64,000 bases of DNA from a virus, in the IMG/VR virus record IMGVR_UViG_3300045988_054096, positions 55,944-119,943 of that record; one strand, given 5' to 3'. The notes under the pieces were generated by a model. That model was not told the origin of the DNA and made no database searches. It was given only the letters and a program-made list of their open reading frames with translations. This document shows, in pieces, positions 40,666 through 49,060 of the stretch. Position numbers and translations under genes: made by a program. Within the stretch, counting starts at the first letter, position 1. Every line of letters begins with the position of its first letter.

Positions 40666-41152
40666 TGGAGATGGAGGGAATCGAACCCTCGTCCAAACAA
40701 TCCTTAATAATAAGATAACGTGTGTCTCTATTTTATTTATCAGCTGTTGAGGTTCAGCTTATTTAGTTATATGACACTAACAAACTAGGGCTGACCAGAA
40801 TGTCAACGCTCCACCACCTACTTTTTAACGCTAAAGCAGGAAAACGAGTGTTTGTGGTGAGTCAACCACGCAGGCACACATCCCTTCTGTTTAAAGACAA
40901 TAATAGGAGATTCAGCTCTACTAACCTGTGGCTTTCGAGTTAAGCACAGTGGCTTATATCCTTCTGCTGTACACCTCTTCCGTTTCTAGGTCTCTCCCTG
41001 TAACCCGACTCAACACATCAACAGCTGAGCCAGCTGCTTAGGCAGCCATTCTTACTTCATTGTAGTTTGCATTTATTGTTTTCCTTCGTTTAAAGAGATC
41101 GCGCTCTACACGTCTTATTACCTCGTAATCGTTGTCAATACCAAGCATCCCC
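40666..41152 (-). ncRNA. ssrA: tmRNA (ssrA), ~487 nt, tag peptide ANYNEVRMAA
   Basis: 5' GGGGATGCTTGGTATTGACAACG pairs with 3' CATCTCC-A; 3' end TTTGGACGAGGGTTCGATTCCCTCCATCTCCA closely matches tmRNA consensus GGACG.GGGTTC.A.TCCC.CCA.CTCCA; internal frame GCA AAC TAC AAT GAA GTA AGA ATG GCT GCC TAA (41070 to 41038) followed by hairpin GCAGCTGGCTCAGCTG. Confidence 0.6.
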
Positions 41153-41158
41153 AATAAT

Positions 41159-41277
41159 CAGAAATCTATTCAACTTGTCTTTTGCTCTGCCAACTGAGCT
41201 ACCTCCTGTTTATAATGTCTAGTCAGGAGGATGAGACTCGAACTCATGACTCAAAGATCCCTTCAATAGCTTTGCTG
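41159..41277 (-). ncRNA. Y-RNA-like (YrlA-like) RNA with permuted tRNA-like domain
   Basis: minus strand 5'-CAGCAAAGCTATT GAAGGGA TCTTT GAGTC ATGAG TTCGAGT CTCAT CCTCCTG A [CTAGACATTATAAA] CAGGAGG TA GCTC AGTTGGCA GAGC A AAAGA CAAGTTG AATAGATTTCTG-3': T-arm + 3' acceptor precede 5' acceptor + D-arm; AAAGA/TCTTT and CAGCAAAGCTATT/AATAGATTTCTG form a long terminal stem with 7x7 internal loop where an anticodon arm would be. Confidence 0.45.
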
Positions 41278-41298
41278 TTAGATTTCTTATTAGTGAAG

Positions 41299-41372
41299 TT
41301 GGGAGAACGGGATTCGAACCCGCAACCTCTACATCCCAAATGTAGTAGACTAGCCTATTGTCCTATCTCCCA
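41299..41372 (-). tRNA. tRNA-Pro (anticodon UGG)
   Basis: TGGGAGATAGGACAATAGGCTAGTCTACTACA TTTGGGA TGTAGAGGTTGCGGGTTCGAATCCCGTTCTCCCA. Confidence 0.6.
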
Positions 41373-41425
41373 ATAAGTGCAGAATACTTCTTCTTAGCTT
41401 TATCAAATCCCAAAATTGATGCTCA

Positions 41426-41454
41426 AGAAAATTGCTGTAAGTATTCTTATTATT
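41426..41454 (+). promoter_or_regulatory. conserved intergenic motif copy (AAAATTGCTGTAAGTATTCTTATTATTAA)
   Basis: between tRNA-Ile and tRNA-Pro; ~54 nt upstream of tRNA-Pro 5' end on minus strand. Confidence 0.35.
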
Positions 41455-41470
41455 AAATCAAAAAGGCGAG

Positions 41471-41544
41471 TTGGGTGACTGGGACTTGAACCCAGAACCT
41501 CCTGATTATCAGTCAGGTGCGCTGACCAGTTGCGCCATCACCCA
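41471..41544 (-). tRNA. tRNA-Ile (anticodon GAU)
   Basis: TGGGTGATGGCGCAACTGGTCAGCGCACCTGA CTGATAA TCAGGAGGTTCTGGGTTCAAGTCCCAGTCACCCA. Confidence 0.65.
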
Positions 41545-41597
41545 ATATACAGAAGACCTGTTTTAGCGTTTTCAATTTACAAGATTGATGCTTAAAC

Positions 41598-41626
41598 AAA
41601 GTTGCTGTAGGTCTTCTTATTAATAT
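41598..41626 (+). promoter_or_regulatory. conserved intergenic motif copy (CAAAGTTGCTGTAGGTCTTCTTATTAATA)
   Basis: directly after stop of gene 41629..43077 and ~60 nt upstream of tRNA-Ile 5' end. Confidence 0.35.
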
Positions 41627-41628
41627 GT

Positions 41629-43077
41629 TTAGTCTTTATAATCGTCTATTGATCCATCACAATGTTCCTCCATCATCTTAATGAATCTTCTCATCGTTTC
41701 CTCATTCTTCGGAAGATGTAGAATGTCAAGTAAAGAGTCAACAAACTTCTTCTCAGGAGTTACTGACATATCCTTAGTTCTGGATAGCTCTACCTGACGC
41801 AGATAGGATTGAACTGAATACTTAATGTCGTCGGCCTTAACCTCGCACTGATTGGCAAGAACCATCATTGATTTAACTTTCTCGATGATTTCAGCCATAA
41901 ATGCTGGAGCTATATGACTAGCCTCAATAAACTTACATACATCAGTAAGGTCATCAAGAATAGTATAACATCCAATCTCAAATGACTTTCTAATGAATTG
42001 TTCTGCGGTTTCAGCGTCAAGAGGACCCATAGAGATGATAGTTCCTACACGCTTTCCTCTCAGGAAAGTAGGTTCTATAAGCTCAATATGATTAGTAGTG
42101 AACAAAGTAATGACATTCATGTCCTTAGTATCACCACCATCAAGAGTGTTCAGAATATCCTGCATGGCAGAATCACGATTTCCTCTCGTGACTTGATCAA
42201 TATCCTCAACAAAGATTAAGACCCCATGTCCAGACTGATCAATTATCTTGGACATTCTCAAAGCCTCTGCAAGCAACTTTGGATCCTTTAGATAAATAAA
42301 CATCCAATTATTAGCAACAGCCTTCTTAGCCAACTTAAAGGCTAACAAAGTTTTACCTGTACCATAACCACCTTCTAACAAGGCTCCGAACTTCAAAGGA
42401 ATACCTTTCTCCAAGCACATTGTTGGATTCATAATTCTAGCATAGATTGGTCTGAGAGCATATTCAGTTTCTTTGCTAAGAACCATGAGTTGACGGTCAA
42501 TACCGCTAAGGTCGAGTATCTTTGGATCATTAATGTCTGAAATTTCCAAAGCCTGTCCTTTGTAAATGGAATTTGTTCTCAAATTGTGCTTAGTAACCTC
42601 AATAATATCATCCATTAAGGACGAGAAACGGAACTGACACTTACCAGTAATAACCAAGTCATGTGTACTACTATCGTAGTTAATGTTAATGCTAGAGCCT
42701 TCTCCAAGTCCTTCTAATGAGATGTCGCCATATGGAGCTTTAACCCTTGTTCCGTCTGCAAGAGTAATGTCCACGGTCTGAACACTTGATTCACCAGATG
42801 GATTCCGTTGTTCTTTTGAAACAACTGCTCCAAAGACTTGAGAGATAGCTTGGTTAAGCTGATAAATACCATCATTACGAAAGCAACGGATCCTATAGTT
42901 GATCTTTGCCATCTTTTTGGATTGCTTGAGCTCATTGTCAATGTAATCAAGTGCATCAGCATACTTGATTCCAGGCTGAGACATGATCTTCACAAACTTG
43001 TCTTTCATAGCCATTTCATACTGATTTACTTTCTGTTCTAACACTGAACTCTTGCCTCCTTGAATAATTTCTTCCAT
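41629..43077 (-). CDS. AAA+ ATPase
   Basis: 482 aa; Walker A GGYGTGKT, Walker B LIFVEDID. Confidence 0.5.
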   Translation of the reverse strand: MEEIIQGGKSSVLEQKVNQYEMAMKDKFVKIMSQPGIKYADALDYIDNELKQSKKMAKINYRIRCFRNDGIYQLNQAISQVFGAVVSKEQRNPSGESSVQTVDITLADGTRVKAPYGDISLEGLGEGSSININYDSSTHDLVITGKCQFRFSSLMDDIIEVTKHNLRTNSIYKGQALEISDINDPKILDLSGIDRQLMVLSKETEYALRPIYARIMNPTMCLEKGIPLKFGALLEGGYGTGKTLLAFKLAKKAVANNWMFIYLKDPKLLAEALRMSKIIDQSGHGVLIFVEDIDQVTRGNRDSAMQDILNTLDGGDTKDMNVITLFTTNHIELIEPTFLRGKRVGTIISMGPLDAETAEQFIRKSFEIGCYTILDDLTDVCKFIEASHIAPAFMAEIIEKVKSMMVLANQCEVKADDIKYSVQSYLRQVELSRTKDMSVTPEKKFVDSLLDILHLPKNEETMRRFIKMMEEHCDGSIDDYKD

Positions 43078-43341
43078 CTAAAAATAATTTAAAATTTCAG
43101 TTTACTTATTTTCCTTTTCATTGCTCGATAGTTATCAAGCGTAGTTGTTAAACATCCCAAACATAGAGTACCATTATCTTTAGTAATAGTCAAATTCTTT
43201 TCCTCTATGGTAGAACTAATAGTATGACTCTTAACTGCTTCGTCAAGAACAGATAGTCTTATAGCTGTATTCTTGCAAAACACTATATCCTTCTCAGGAA
43301 TATAAATTACGTCATACCCTTGAATTTCTCCTACTACATAC

Positions 43342-43539
43342 CTATCGCACATTTGCATACACCATTATTCCTACTATAAGTAGGATTACCAGAACAAGTG
43401 CTATAGGTATCCACAGAGGTGATAATACCCATAACCAAGACCATGTTATTACTCCACACAATTTTAACACAATGAAGGCTACTAACAAAATAGATAGTAC
43501 ACCTGGACCTTGATAAATTATTTGCTTCTCCATAATCAT
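43342..43539 (-). CDS. small membrane protein
   Basis: 65 aa, two TM helices. Confidence 0.3.
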   Translation of the reverse strand: MIMEKQIIYQGPGVLSILLVAFIVLKLCGVITWSWLWVLSPLWIPIALVLVILLIVGIMVYANVR

Positions 43540-43553
43540 TTAGATATTTCTTG

Positions 43554-43626
43554 AGGCCCCACTCGGATTCGAACCGAGGTTTCAAGATTACAAATCTAGT
43601 GTTCTAACCAACTAAACTATAAGGCC
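43554..43626 (-). tRNA. tRNA-Thr (anticodon UGU)
   Basis: GGCCTTATAGTTTAGTTGGTTAGAACACTAGA TTTGTAA TCTTGAAACCTCGGTTCGAATCCGAGTGGGGCC. Confidence 0.6.
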
Positions 43627-43718
43627 AATTAAGTGAGGAAGAAAAGATTCGAACTTTCAAAACAATCATACCTAGAATTTGATCTGCTTTACCATTTTGC
43701 ATACTTCCTCATTAAGAG

Positions 43719-43791
43719 CGGAGGGTAGGGGACTCGAACCCCTACTCCCAAGATTAGTTATCCTGTGCTTTAACCATTAAGCTAACCCTCC
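43719..43791 (-). tRNA. tRNA with atypical anticodon loop UAACUAA (nominal anticodon ACU with A33; loop contains CUA); identity undetermined
   Basis: otherwise perfect 73-nt cloverleaf GGAGGGTTAGCTTAATGGTTAAAGCACAGGA TAACTAA TCTTGGGAGTAGGGGTTCGAGTCCCCTACCCTCC-G. Confidence 0.45.
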
Positions 43792-43862
43792 AAGGACTAA
43801 CTTGAAAATCCTCAATGATAGCCCTTGGTTGTGAGAAATGCGTTCAATAGACTTATGCTTAA

Positions 43863-44001
43863 GCTCTTTATTTATGCCTTGCGTGTTAAACCACTTCACC
43901 AATGCCCCATGTTAGTAAAATATAAATAGAGGGGCATAGGGGATTCGAACCCCCGATAGCAAGGTTTAATAATTATTCATTATCAGTAAATATCCACTGG
44001 C
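43863..44001 (-). ncRNA. Y-RNA-like RNA with permuted tRNA-like domain (third copy)
   Basis: T-arm GGGGGTTCGAATCCCCT + 3' acceptor ATGCCCC, 22-nt linker, then 5' acceptor GGGGCAT + D-arm TGGTGAAGTGGTTTAACAC; flanking CCTTGC/GCAAGG terminal stem. Confidence 0.35.
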
Positions 44002-44110
44002 TTCTCACTCTAACGCTAAAGCTAAAGCTCTCGACTCAATGCTGACGCTAAAATCTAGGATTATTTTAGGCTAAGTCTTAAGCTAAAGCTCTAGTCGATA
44101 TTTGTCTTAT
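43990..44110. repeat. short direct repeats AAGCTAAAGCTCT(C/A)G(A/T)C and GCTAAAG/GCTAAAA iterations
   Basis: seen at ~44012-44032 and ~44076-44098, between gene 44114..44905 and the Y-RNA-like element. Confidence 0.4.
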
Positions 44111-44113
44111 TTA

Positions 44114-44905
44114 TTATTCTCCGTAGTGTAAGAAGTTAATCATGCCTTCAACATCCAAGTTTGGATCCTCAGATTCCACATCATTAACTTCTTTCAGTGC
44201 TTCAATAACAGCAGCCAAAAGCTGACTTCTACGACGAAGTAACTCAGCACGCTGTCTTTGAGTCCACGCTCCTGTAAACTTCTGAAGAGTATAGTCTCCT
44301 GTTTCCACAGTTCTCTTCTTGATAGTTGTCTTAGCATTGTAGTTTGCAGGCAACTTAGCAGGATCGAGATTCGGATCTTTCAGGATGACTTCCTCAGACT
44401 CAGTAGTACGAGTTACACCTGTCTGCATAGGAGTTTGGAAGATTTCTCTACCAGCATACTCACCATCAGTGCAAGGTTCCCACACTTCTGCATCAGAACG
44501 AACAGGAATGTTGTTGTACATTTCTTCCCACTCTTTCTTAGTGAGAACAGTCTTCAATCTCATAAGGTCAAGAGCAGTTAGGAAACCGAAAGAGACATTG
44601 CCTACTTTCAGTTCTACTTTCTTAGCACCCTTAGAGTTGGTAGATTCTATAGAGAAGAGATTCTTCAGGTAAGGAACAGCATTTTCCTCAAACCATTGTA
44701 ACTTCTCATCTACAGTTGTTGCTACCTTAGTAGTACCCATGTAACGGGCATCTTCTTGATATCCTTCACGAGGTTTGAACGTTTTCTTGATTCCTTCAAA
44801 CATTCCTTGTTTGTTCTTGAAGAATGCGAAGTAATCACCAACCATACGATTGAATTGTGCTGCGCCATGTTCTACCTTGGCCAGCAAAGTGTTCATCTTT
44901 AACAT
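44114..44905 (-). CDS. hypothetical protein
   Basis: 263 aa ORF immediately downstream of Ro60-like gene. Confidence 0.3.
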   Translation of the reverse strand: MLKMNTLLAKVEHGAAQFNRMVGDYFAFFKNKQGMFEGIKKTFKPREGYQEDARYMGTTKVATTVDEKLQWFEENAVPYLKNLFSIESTNSKGAKKVELKVGNVSFGFLTALDLMRLKTVLTKKEWEEMYNNIPVRSDAEVWEPCTDGEYAGREIFQTPMQTGVTRTTESEEVILKDPNLDPAKLPANYNAKTTIKKRTVETGDYTLQKFTGAWTQRQRAELLRRRSQLLAAVIEALKEVNDVESEDPNLDVEGMINFLHYGE

Positions 44906-44907
44906 AC

Positions 44908-46650
44908 TTATTTCTTTTTACTTGTTTTACGTTTCGGTTTATTTACTACGACTTGCAATCTGTTCAACAAGTCCTGATCCATTGCAACCATGAAGAGTTC
45001 TTCTGCATTCTTTGGAGTACGTTTCATAGTACCAGTTCCCACGATGAATGCTACGGCTGATGGATCATAGCCAGACATATAGAAGAAGTTTGGAGCATCT
45101 GCAAAGTCTTCAAACTTAACTGCGTTTCCACTACCATAATAGTAATTAGGAATATCCCACATAATTAATTTGAAGTTCTTCACATACTCTTCGCTGAATC
45201 CAGCTTCCTTTAAGCGTCTGATAGCAGTTTGGAAGTTCGTACTGTCATTCCCACTTCCATATCTAGCAGGATTCAACTCCCCATCAGACACAAGAAGCAA
45301 TCCAGTTGGAAAGTCTTCATCCTTAACTCCTCTCTGTTTAAGATTGATAAACAAATCTATAACAGATTGGAAGTTAGTTCCACCATAGGCTTCACATCTA
45401 TCGTTGATATACTTATCAACTGGTGTGTCACCTTTCCACTGATGTAACTTACATTTGTCTGCAAACTCTGCAAATGAGTTGGTAAACGGACCAGTCAAGA
45501 ACTCAGAGAAATACAACGCCATAGATTTGCCTATATCATAAGCTGATACATTACATCCTCTAGCCTTAGAAGTCATAGAAGAGGAAGTATCTCTTACAAC
45601 AAGGAGTCTAGAATTAGTGTTAACTCCTTCCTTACCAGTCTTTACAAGCTGTGCAAACTGTGCATTGATTGTGTTCTCCTTATAGTCCTCAATGTGGTAA
45701 CAATTATAGCCACTACCAAGAGGAGTGAACAATTCAAATACAAAGCCTGTATACTTCGCAACTGGTTTAGACTGTATCCACTTAGAATACTTCTCAGTAA
45801 GATTGTGATTCTTCAGGAACTCAGAACCAACGAGAATAGCCAATGCTCTACCAGCAATATGATCGAAGTTAATCTTATCATACAACTGTTGAGAAATCAG
45901 CTGTTGCCATTGGTGAGCTTTTCCCTCAGATTTCATCTTACGATAAGCCTTATAAGCAGACTCTTTCTCCAAATCTGGAGAGAACTTACGAGCTATCCAT
46001 CTACCAATTAAGGTATCAGCCTGAGACTCCACAGTCTTACAGTTCTTGTTAGTACGGATAGCAGGCATATACTTTCTTACCAAGTGAGTAGTCTCTGGAT
46101 TTGTGAATCCAGCAGCTATTACAAGGAAGAAGAAATTCCAATCAAGCTTTCTGCCTTCCCACCCATGATACTGTAAGTCAAGGGATAACATCTGGAAGAC
46201 ATCTTTCCAAGAACCAGCGGCAACGAAGTATGCAAAGTTTGCTTTGAACGTCTTCGGTTGGTTGATAGCCAACCACAACATTCTCATAATGCCTTCGTTC
46301 TTCAAACCCTGTCCTCTCTGTACTTCCAACTCTTCGATAGAACCATCATCCTTTACTACCTTTGACTTACGAGTAATCAATCTGATATACACTGCAAGTT
46401 TCAGACACAACTTCGGATCAAGGCTCCAGAGCAACTCCATGTCCTTTGCTACTTCCTTATAAGAGCGAGGCTCTTTAAAGTATGATATGGCAGCGAAGTT
46501 ATCTACAAAGTCATTGCCAGAAGTGTTGTACTTCTTAGCTCCATTTCCAGATTGGACTACAGAAGTTTCCTTCATCCCTTCTTTCAGAAATTGATTTTCA
46601 GTTCCCTTGTTGGTATCCATAAGGGAACTAAGTTTCTTTTCAAATACCAT
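44908..46650 (-). CDS. rsr: Ro60/Rsr ortholog (TROVE-like helical N-terminal region + C-terminal von Willebrand A domain)
   Basis: 580 aa; vWA MIDAS DTSSSM, GGTNF, LLLVSDGE, and C-terminal MSGYDPSAVAFIVG closely parallels Ro60 DVSASM...GGTDCS...MCGFDTGALDVI; no in-frame TAG. Confidence 0.5.
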   Translation of the reverse strand: MVFEKKLSSLMDTNKGTENQFLKEGMKETSVVQSGNGAKKYNTSGNDFVDNFAAISYFKEPRSYKEVAKDMELLWSLDPKLCLKLAVYIRLITRKSKVVKDDGSIEELEVQRGQGLKNEGIMRMLWLAINQPKTFKANFAYFVAAGSWKDVFQMLSLDLQYHGWEGRKLDWNFFFLVIAAGFTNPETTHLVRKYMPAIRTNKNCKTVESQADTLIGRWIARKFSPDLEKESAYKAYRKMKSEGKAHQWQQLISQQLYDKINFDHIAGRALAILVGSEFLKNHNLTEKYSKWIQSKPVAKYTGFVFELFTPLGSGYNCYHIEDYKENTINAQFAQLVKTGKEGVNTNSRLLVVRDTSSSMTSKARGCNVSAYDIGKSMALYFSEFLTGPFTNSFAEFADKCKLHQWKGDTPVDKYINDRCEAYGGTNFQSVIDLFINLKQRGVKDEDFPTGLLLVSDGELNPARYGSGNDSTNFQTAIRRLKEAGFSEEYVKNFKLIMWDIPNYYYGSGNAVKFEDFADAPNFFYMSGYDPSAVAFIVGTGTMKRTPKNAEELFMVAMDQDLLNRLQVVVNKPKRKTSKKK

Positions 46651-46898
46651 TTTGCTTTACTTTTATAAAGTTACTTATTCTTAATAGCTCTTATTATACA
46701 TTCAATACCATCAAACATTACACCCAGGATTATTATAAATCCTATAAAGTGCCAAAAATCTCCTAGTATGTATTGTACTACTTCCATACTTATTATTAAT
46801 TATTAGTTCAGTGTCGAGAATCGAACTCGAATTAACCATTCACCTCAGCGATAGGAGCATACTCCCTTTGAGTATGTCCTTTAAACATCATAATCTTG

Positions 46899-47033
46899 TT
46901 GTCTTTAAGCTGCTTTCTTAGGTTCAACCTTCGGCTGCACATAAGGAATCATGCCGCTTGGAGTCCACACATAAGGATTGGCACTGTTTTCTAAGTACCA
47001 CTTAACTGCTTTCTTCAACAATTTAATCATAAT
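46899..47033 (-). CDS. small peptide (44 aa), paralog of 47068..47160
   Basis: MIKLLKKAVKWYLENSANPYVWTPSGMIPYVQPKVEPKKAA vs MLKYLKKIAKWYFEAYAKMYPNGYYPSTL; each followed by ATCTACAAATCT motif. Confidence 0.25.
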
Positions 47034-47206
47034 GAAAAAAGTTTAATTAATAATGAGTTAATCTACAAATCTTACAACGTAGAAGGATAGTATCCATTTG
47101 GATACATCTTGGCATACGCTTCGAAATACCACTTTGCAATCTTTTTCAAATACTTCAACATACAATTTAGTTTAGTTAATATCAATTTTATCTACAAATC
47201 TAAAAG

Positions 47207-47279
47207 TTGCGGGAGTGGGAGTCGAACCCACGACCATCGGCTTATGAGACCGCTAAGCTACCACTGCTAACATCCCGCA
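47207..47279 (-). tRNA. tRNA-Met/Ile2 (anticodon CAU), elongator-type
   Basis: GCGGGATGTTAGCAGTGGTAGCT...loop CTCATAA...GTGGGTTCGACTCCCACTCCCGC. Confidence 0.5.
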
Positions 47280-47455
47280 ATATAAAGGCTGTATCGTCGC
47301 CTTGTACGGAGGACTTTTATTGCCAGCTCCAGAAGGTTGATCAGACACAACTGTTTGGTATAAGCCATTACGCTGTTATAGTCCAACTTCGAGCGGTTTT
47401 ATCTCTACTTCACTTAGATGCCCAGACTAAGACCCGGTATCAAGTTTTGAACCTG

Positions 47456-47520
47456 CGGTGCATACGGGAATCGAACCCGTGATAGACAGTCACGTATCCT
47501 AGCCGTTAGACCAATGCACC
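47456..47520 (-). tRNA. short (65 nt) tRNA-Asp-like (anticodon GUC); anticodon stem and T-stem share nucleotides, possibly atypical or degenerate
   Basis: GGTGCATTGGTCTAACGGCTAGGATA CGTGA CTGTCTA TCACG GGTTCGATTCCCGTATGCACC-G. Confidence 0.35.
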
Positions 47521-47709
47521 TTAGAGCAGTTCTTGTTCAAACAATTCAACATGGTTATAAGCCCCTCCCCAACTAAGAGGAAATTCATTCTCTTTCTCCT
47601 TTTTATATTCTGCTGCCTGAGTGTAATATGGGAAACTCTTACAAGTTACCTTATAATTTTGAGGAGCATTCATTGGATGAAAGATTACCACTACTGTATA
47701 TACCTTCAT
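47521..47709 (-). CDS. hypothetical protein
   Basis: 62 aa ORF. Confidence 0.25.
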   Translation of the reverse strand: MKVYTVVVIFHPMNAPQNYKVTCKSFPYYTQAAEYKKEKENEFPLSWGGAYNHVELFEQELL

Positions 47710-47766
47710 AATTTACTAAAATTTCAGAAGACTGTTATAATTCCTCCTTTCAAACTAGAACACTGA

Positions 47767-47795
47767 GCAAATTGCTGTTAGTCTTCTTGCAAATA
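47767..47795 (+). promoter_or_regulatory. conserved intergenic motif copy (CAAATTGCTGTTAGTCTTCTTGCAAATAT)
   Basis: consensus match; ~63 nt upstream of ORF 47709 on minus strand. Confidence 0.35.
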
Positions 47796-47864
47796 TAAAA
47801 TGGAAAACTTAAAGTTCAAAAATCAGAATACCATCTTTTTATTCTAAACCACACTTTAGAAATA

Positions 47865-47893
47865 CAAAATTTGCTGTTGGTATTCTTATACTC
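47865..47893 (+). promoter_or_regulatory. conserved intergenic motif copy (CAAAATTTGCTGTTGGTATTCTTATACTC)
   Basis: consensus match. Confidence 0.35.
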
Positions 47894-47899
47894 GTAACG

Positions 47900-48365
47900 C
47901 AAACAGTCCTACATTTCTGCAAGCCTTGATGCAAATATTTTCGTTCTTAGGGTGCTGTTACACCAAATGCTCTAAGGGCGGTTACTGACATTGAACGTAT
48001 ATGTGCATTGACTTATTTACACATTAGCCTAGTTCGTTCTCCTAGTAAAGGCTAAGGGTATCACGTACCCTCTCGATCTTAATTCCAGGTTCCTCTCGTA
48101 CTGTTGGAACTTATCAATAACTGACTCCGACACTTAATATCACATTGAGCAACGTATAGGAACCCTCGCCATTTCAGACTTGGAATACTACTCTCCGAGA
48201 TTAATGCTTATATCTCCCTGTGGTTCTACGGAAGGACCAGTAAGTTCTATACCTTCACGCTTGTCTACATTGTGTTAGCTAGACACAACTTATGGGATTT
48301 CCCATTAACTTCCACTCGCAACTCTTTAAATGATGGCTACTTCCAAGCCTACATCCCCAAGAACT
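47900..48365 (-). other. ~460-nt non-coding region, candidate structured RNA
   Basis: no ORF >30 codons in any frame even allowing TAG read-through; contains sarcin-ricin-like CAGTACGAGAGGAACC and several GC-richer helices; flanked by motif copy and tRNAs. Confidence 0.25.
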
Positions 48366-48800
48366 TTATTCAAATTTCGGAATGTCAGAACGATCATCAT
48401 AATATCCCTCATCTCCAACGAGAGTAGCAAGACATCCATGCATATAAGGAATCAAATCAGGATGATTCTTATAACACATAAATAGTTGCCAGCTCATAGA
48501 AAGGCTGTTACCACTATGACCTTTGTCAAAGAATGGCAGATTGTCCTTTATATTTGTAATAAGTTCAAAGACATCACTACCATATCTCTCATTTATCATT
48601 TTCACAACATCATCTGCTGACACATCCTTAAAGTATTCAGCAAACGACAGAGCTTGTGCTATACAACCCATTTCATATCCATACAAATCATCTTCTTCAA
48701 AAGAATGATCAGTACCTGCTTTGAACAGACGATTGAATCTTTCAATTCTGTCTTGAAACTCCTGTGGGAGTTGATCTTTTGTTAATTTCTCGTAATCCAT
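48366..48800 (-). CDS. hypothetical protein
   Basis: 144 aa ORF. Confidence 0.3.
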   Translation of the reverse strand: MDYEKLTKDQLPQEFQDRIERFNRLFKAGTDHSFEEDDLYGYEMGCIAQALSFAEYFKDVSADDVVKMINERYGSDVFELITNIKDNLPFFDKGHSGNSLSMSWQLFMCYKNHPDLIPYMHGCLATLVGDEGYYDDRSDIPKFE

Positions 48801-48819
48801 AATCTTAAATTTGCTTTAG

Positions 48820-48892
<73 letters not shown>

Positions 48893-48899
48893 ATGTTAG

Positions 48900-48974
48900 T
48901 ACTCCCTGATAGATTCGAACTATCGACCTTTACCTTGTAAGGGTATTGCTCTGAACCAACTGAGCTAAGAGAGT
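48900..48974 (-). tRNA. tRNA-Val (anticodon UAC)
   Basis: ACTCTCTTAGCTCAGTTGGTTCAGAGCAATACC CTTACAA GGTAAAGGTCGATAGTTCGAATCTATCAGGGAGT. Confidence 0.6.
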
Positions 48975-48978
48975 ATAG

Positions 48979-49051
48979 TGCCTCCAGAAGGACTCGAACC
49001 TTCAGTCCACGGTTTAAGAGACCGTTGCTTTAACCAATTCAGCTATAGGGG
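48979..49051 (-). tRNA. tRNA-Lys (anticodon CUU)
   Basis: GCCCCTATAGCTGAATTGGTTAAAGCAACGGT CTCTTAA ACCGTGGACTGAAGGTTCGAGTCCTTCTGGAGGC. Confidence 0.6.
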
Positions 49052-49060
49052 CAATGCTTG

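Noticed and set aside
40452-40700. Full-length 82-aa ORF starting at 40700
   Set aside because: Its first 17 codons overlap the tmRNA 3' tRNA-like end; an internal Met at about 40646 gives a start that does not overlap the RNA gene.
41183-41257. Interpretation of the permuted tRNA halves as two adjacent truncated tRNA pseudogenes or as a phage attP-type tRNA fragment
   Set aside because: The 3' half and 5' half are exactly complementary in the acceptor stem and in the anticodon-stem position, both break at the same place, and the same architecture recurs at two other loci. This fits a single folded YrlA-like RNA better than independent truncations.
47900-48365. rRNA fragment
   Set aside because: Only a roughly 15-nt sarcin-ricin-like match; the surrounding sequence has no extended rRNA similarity.
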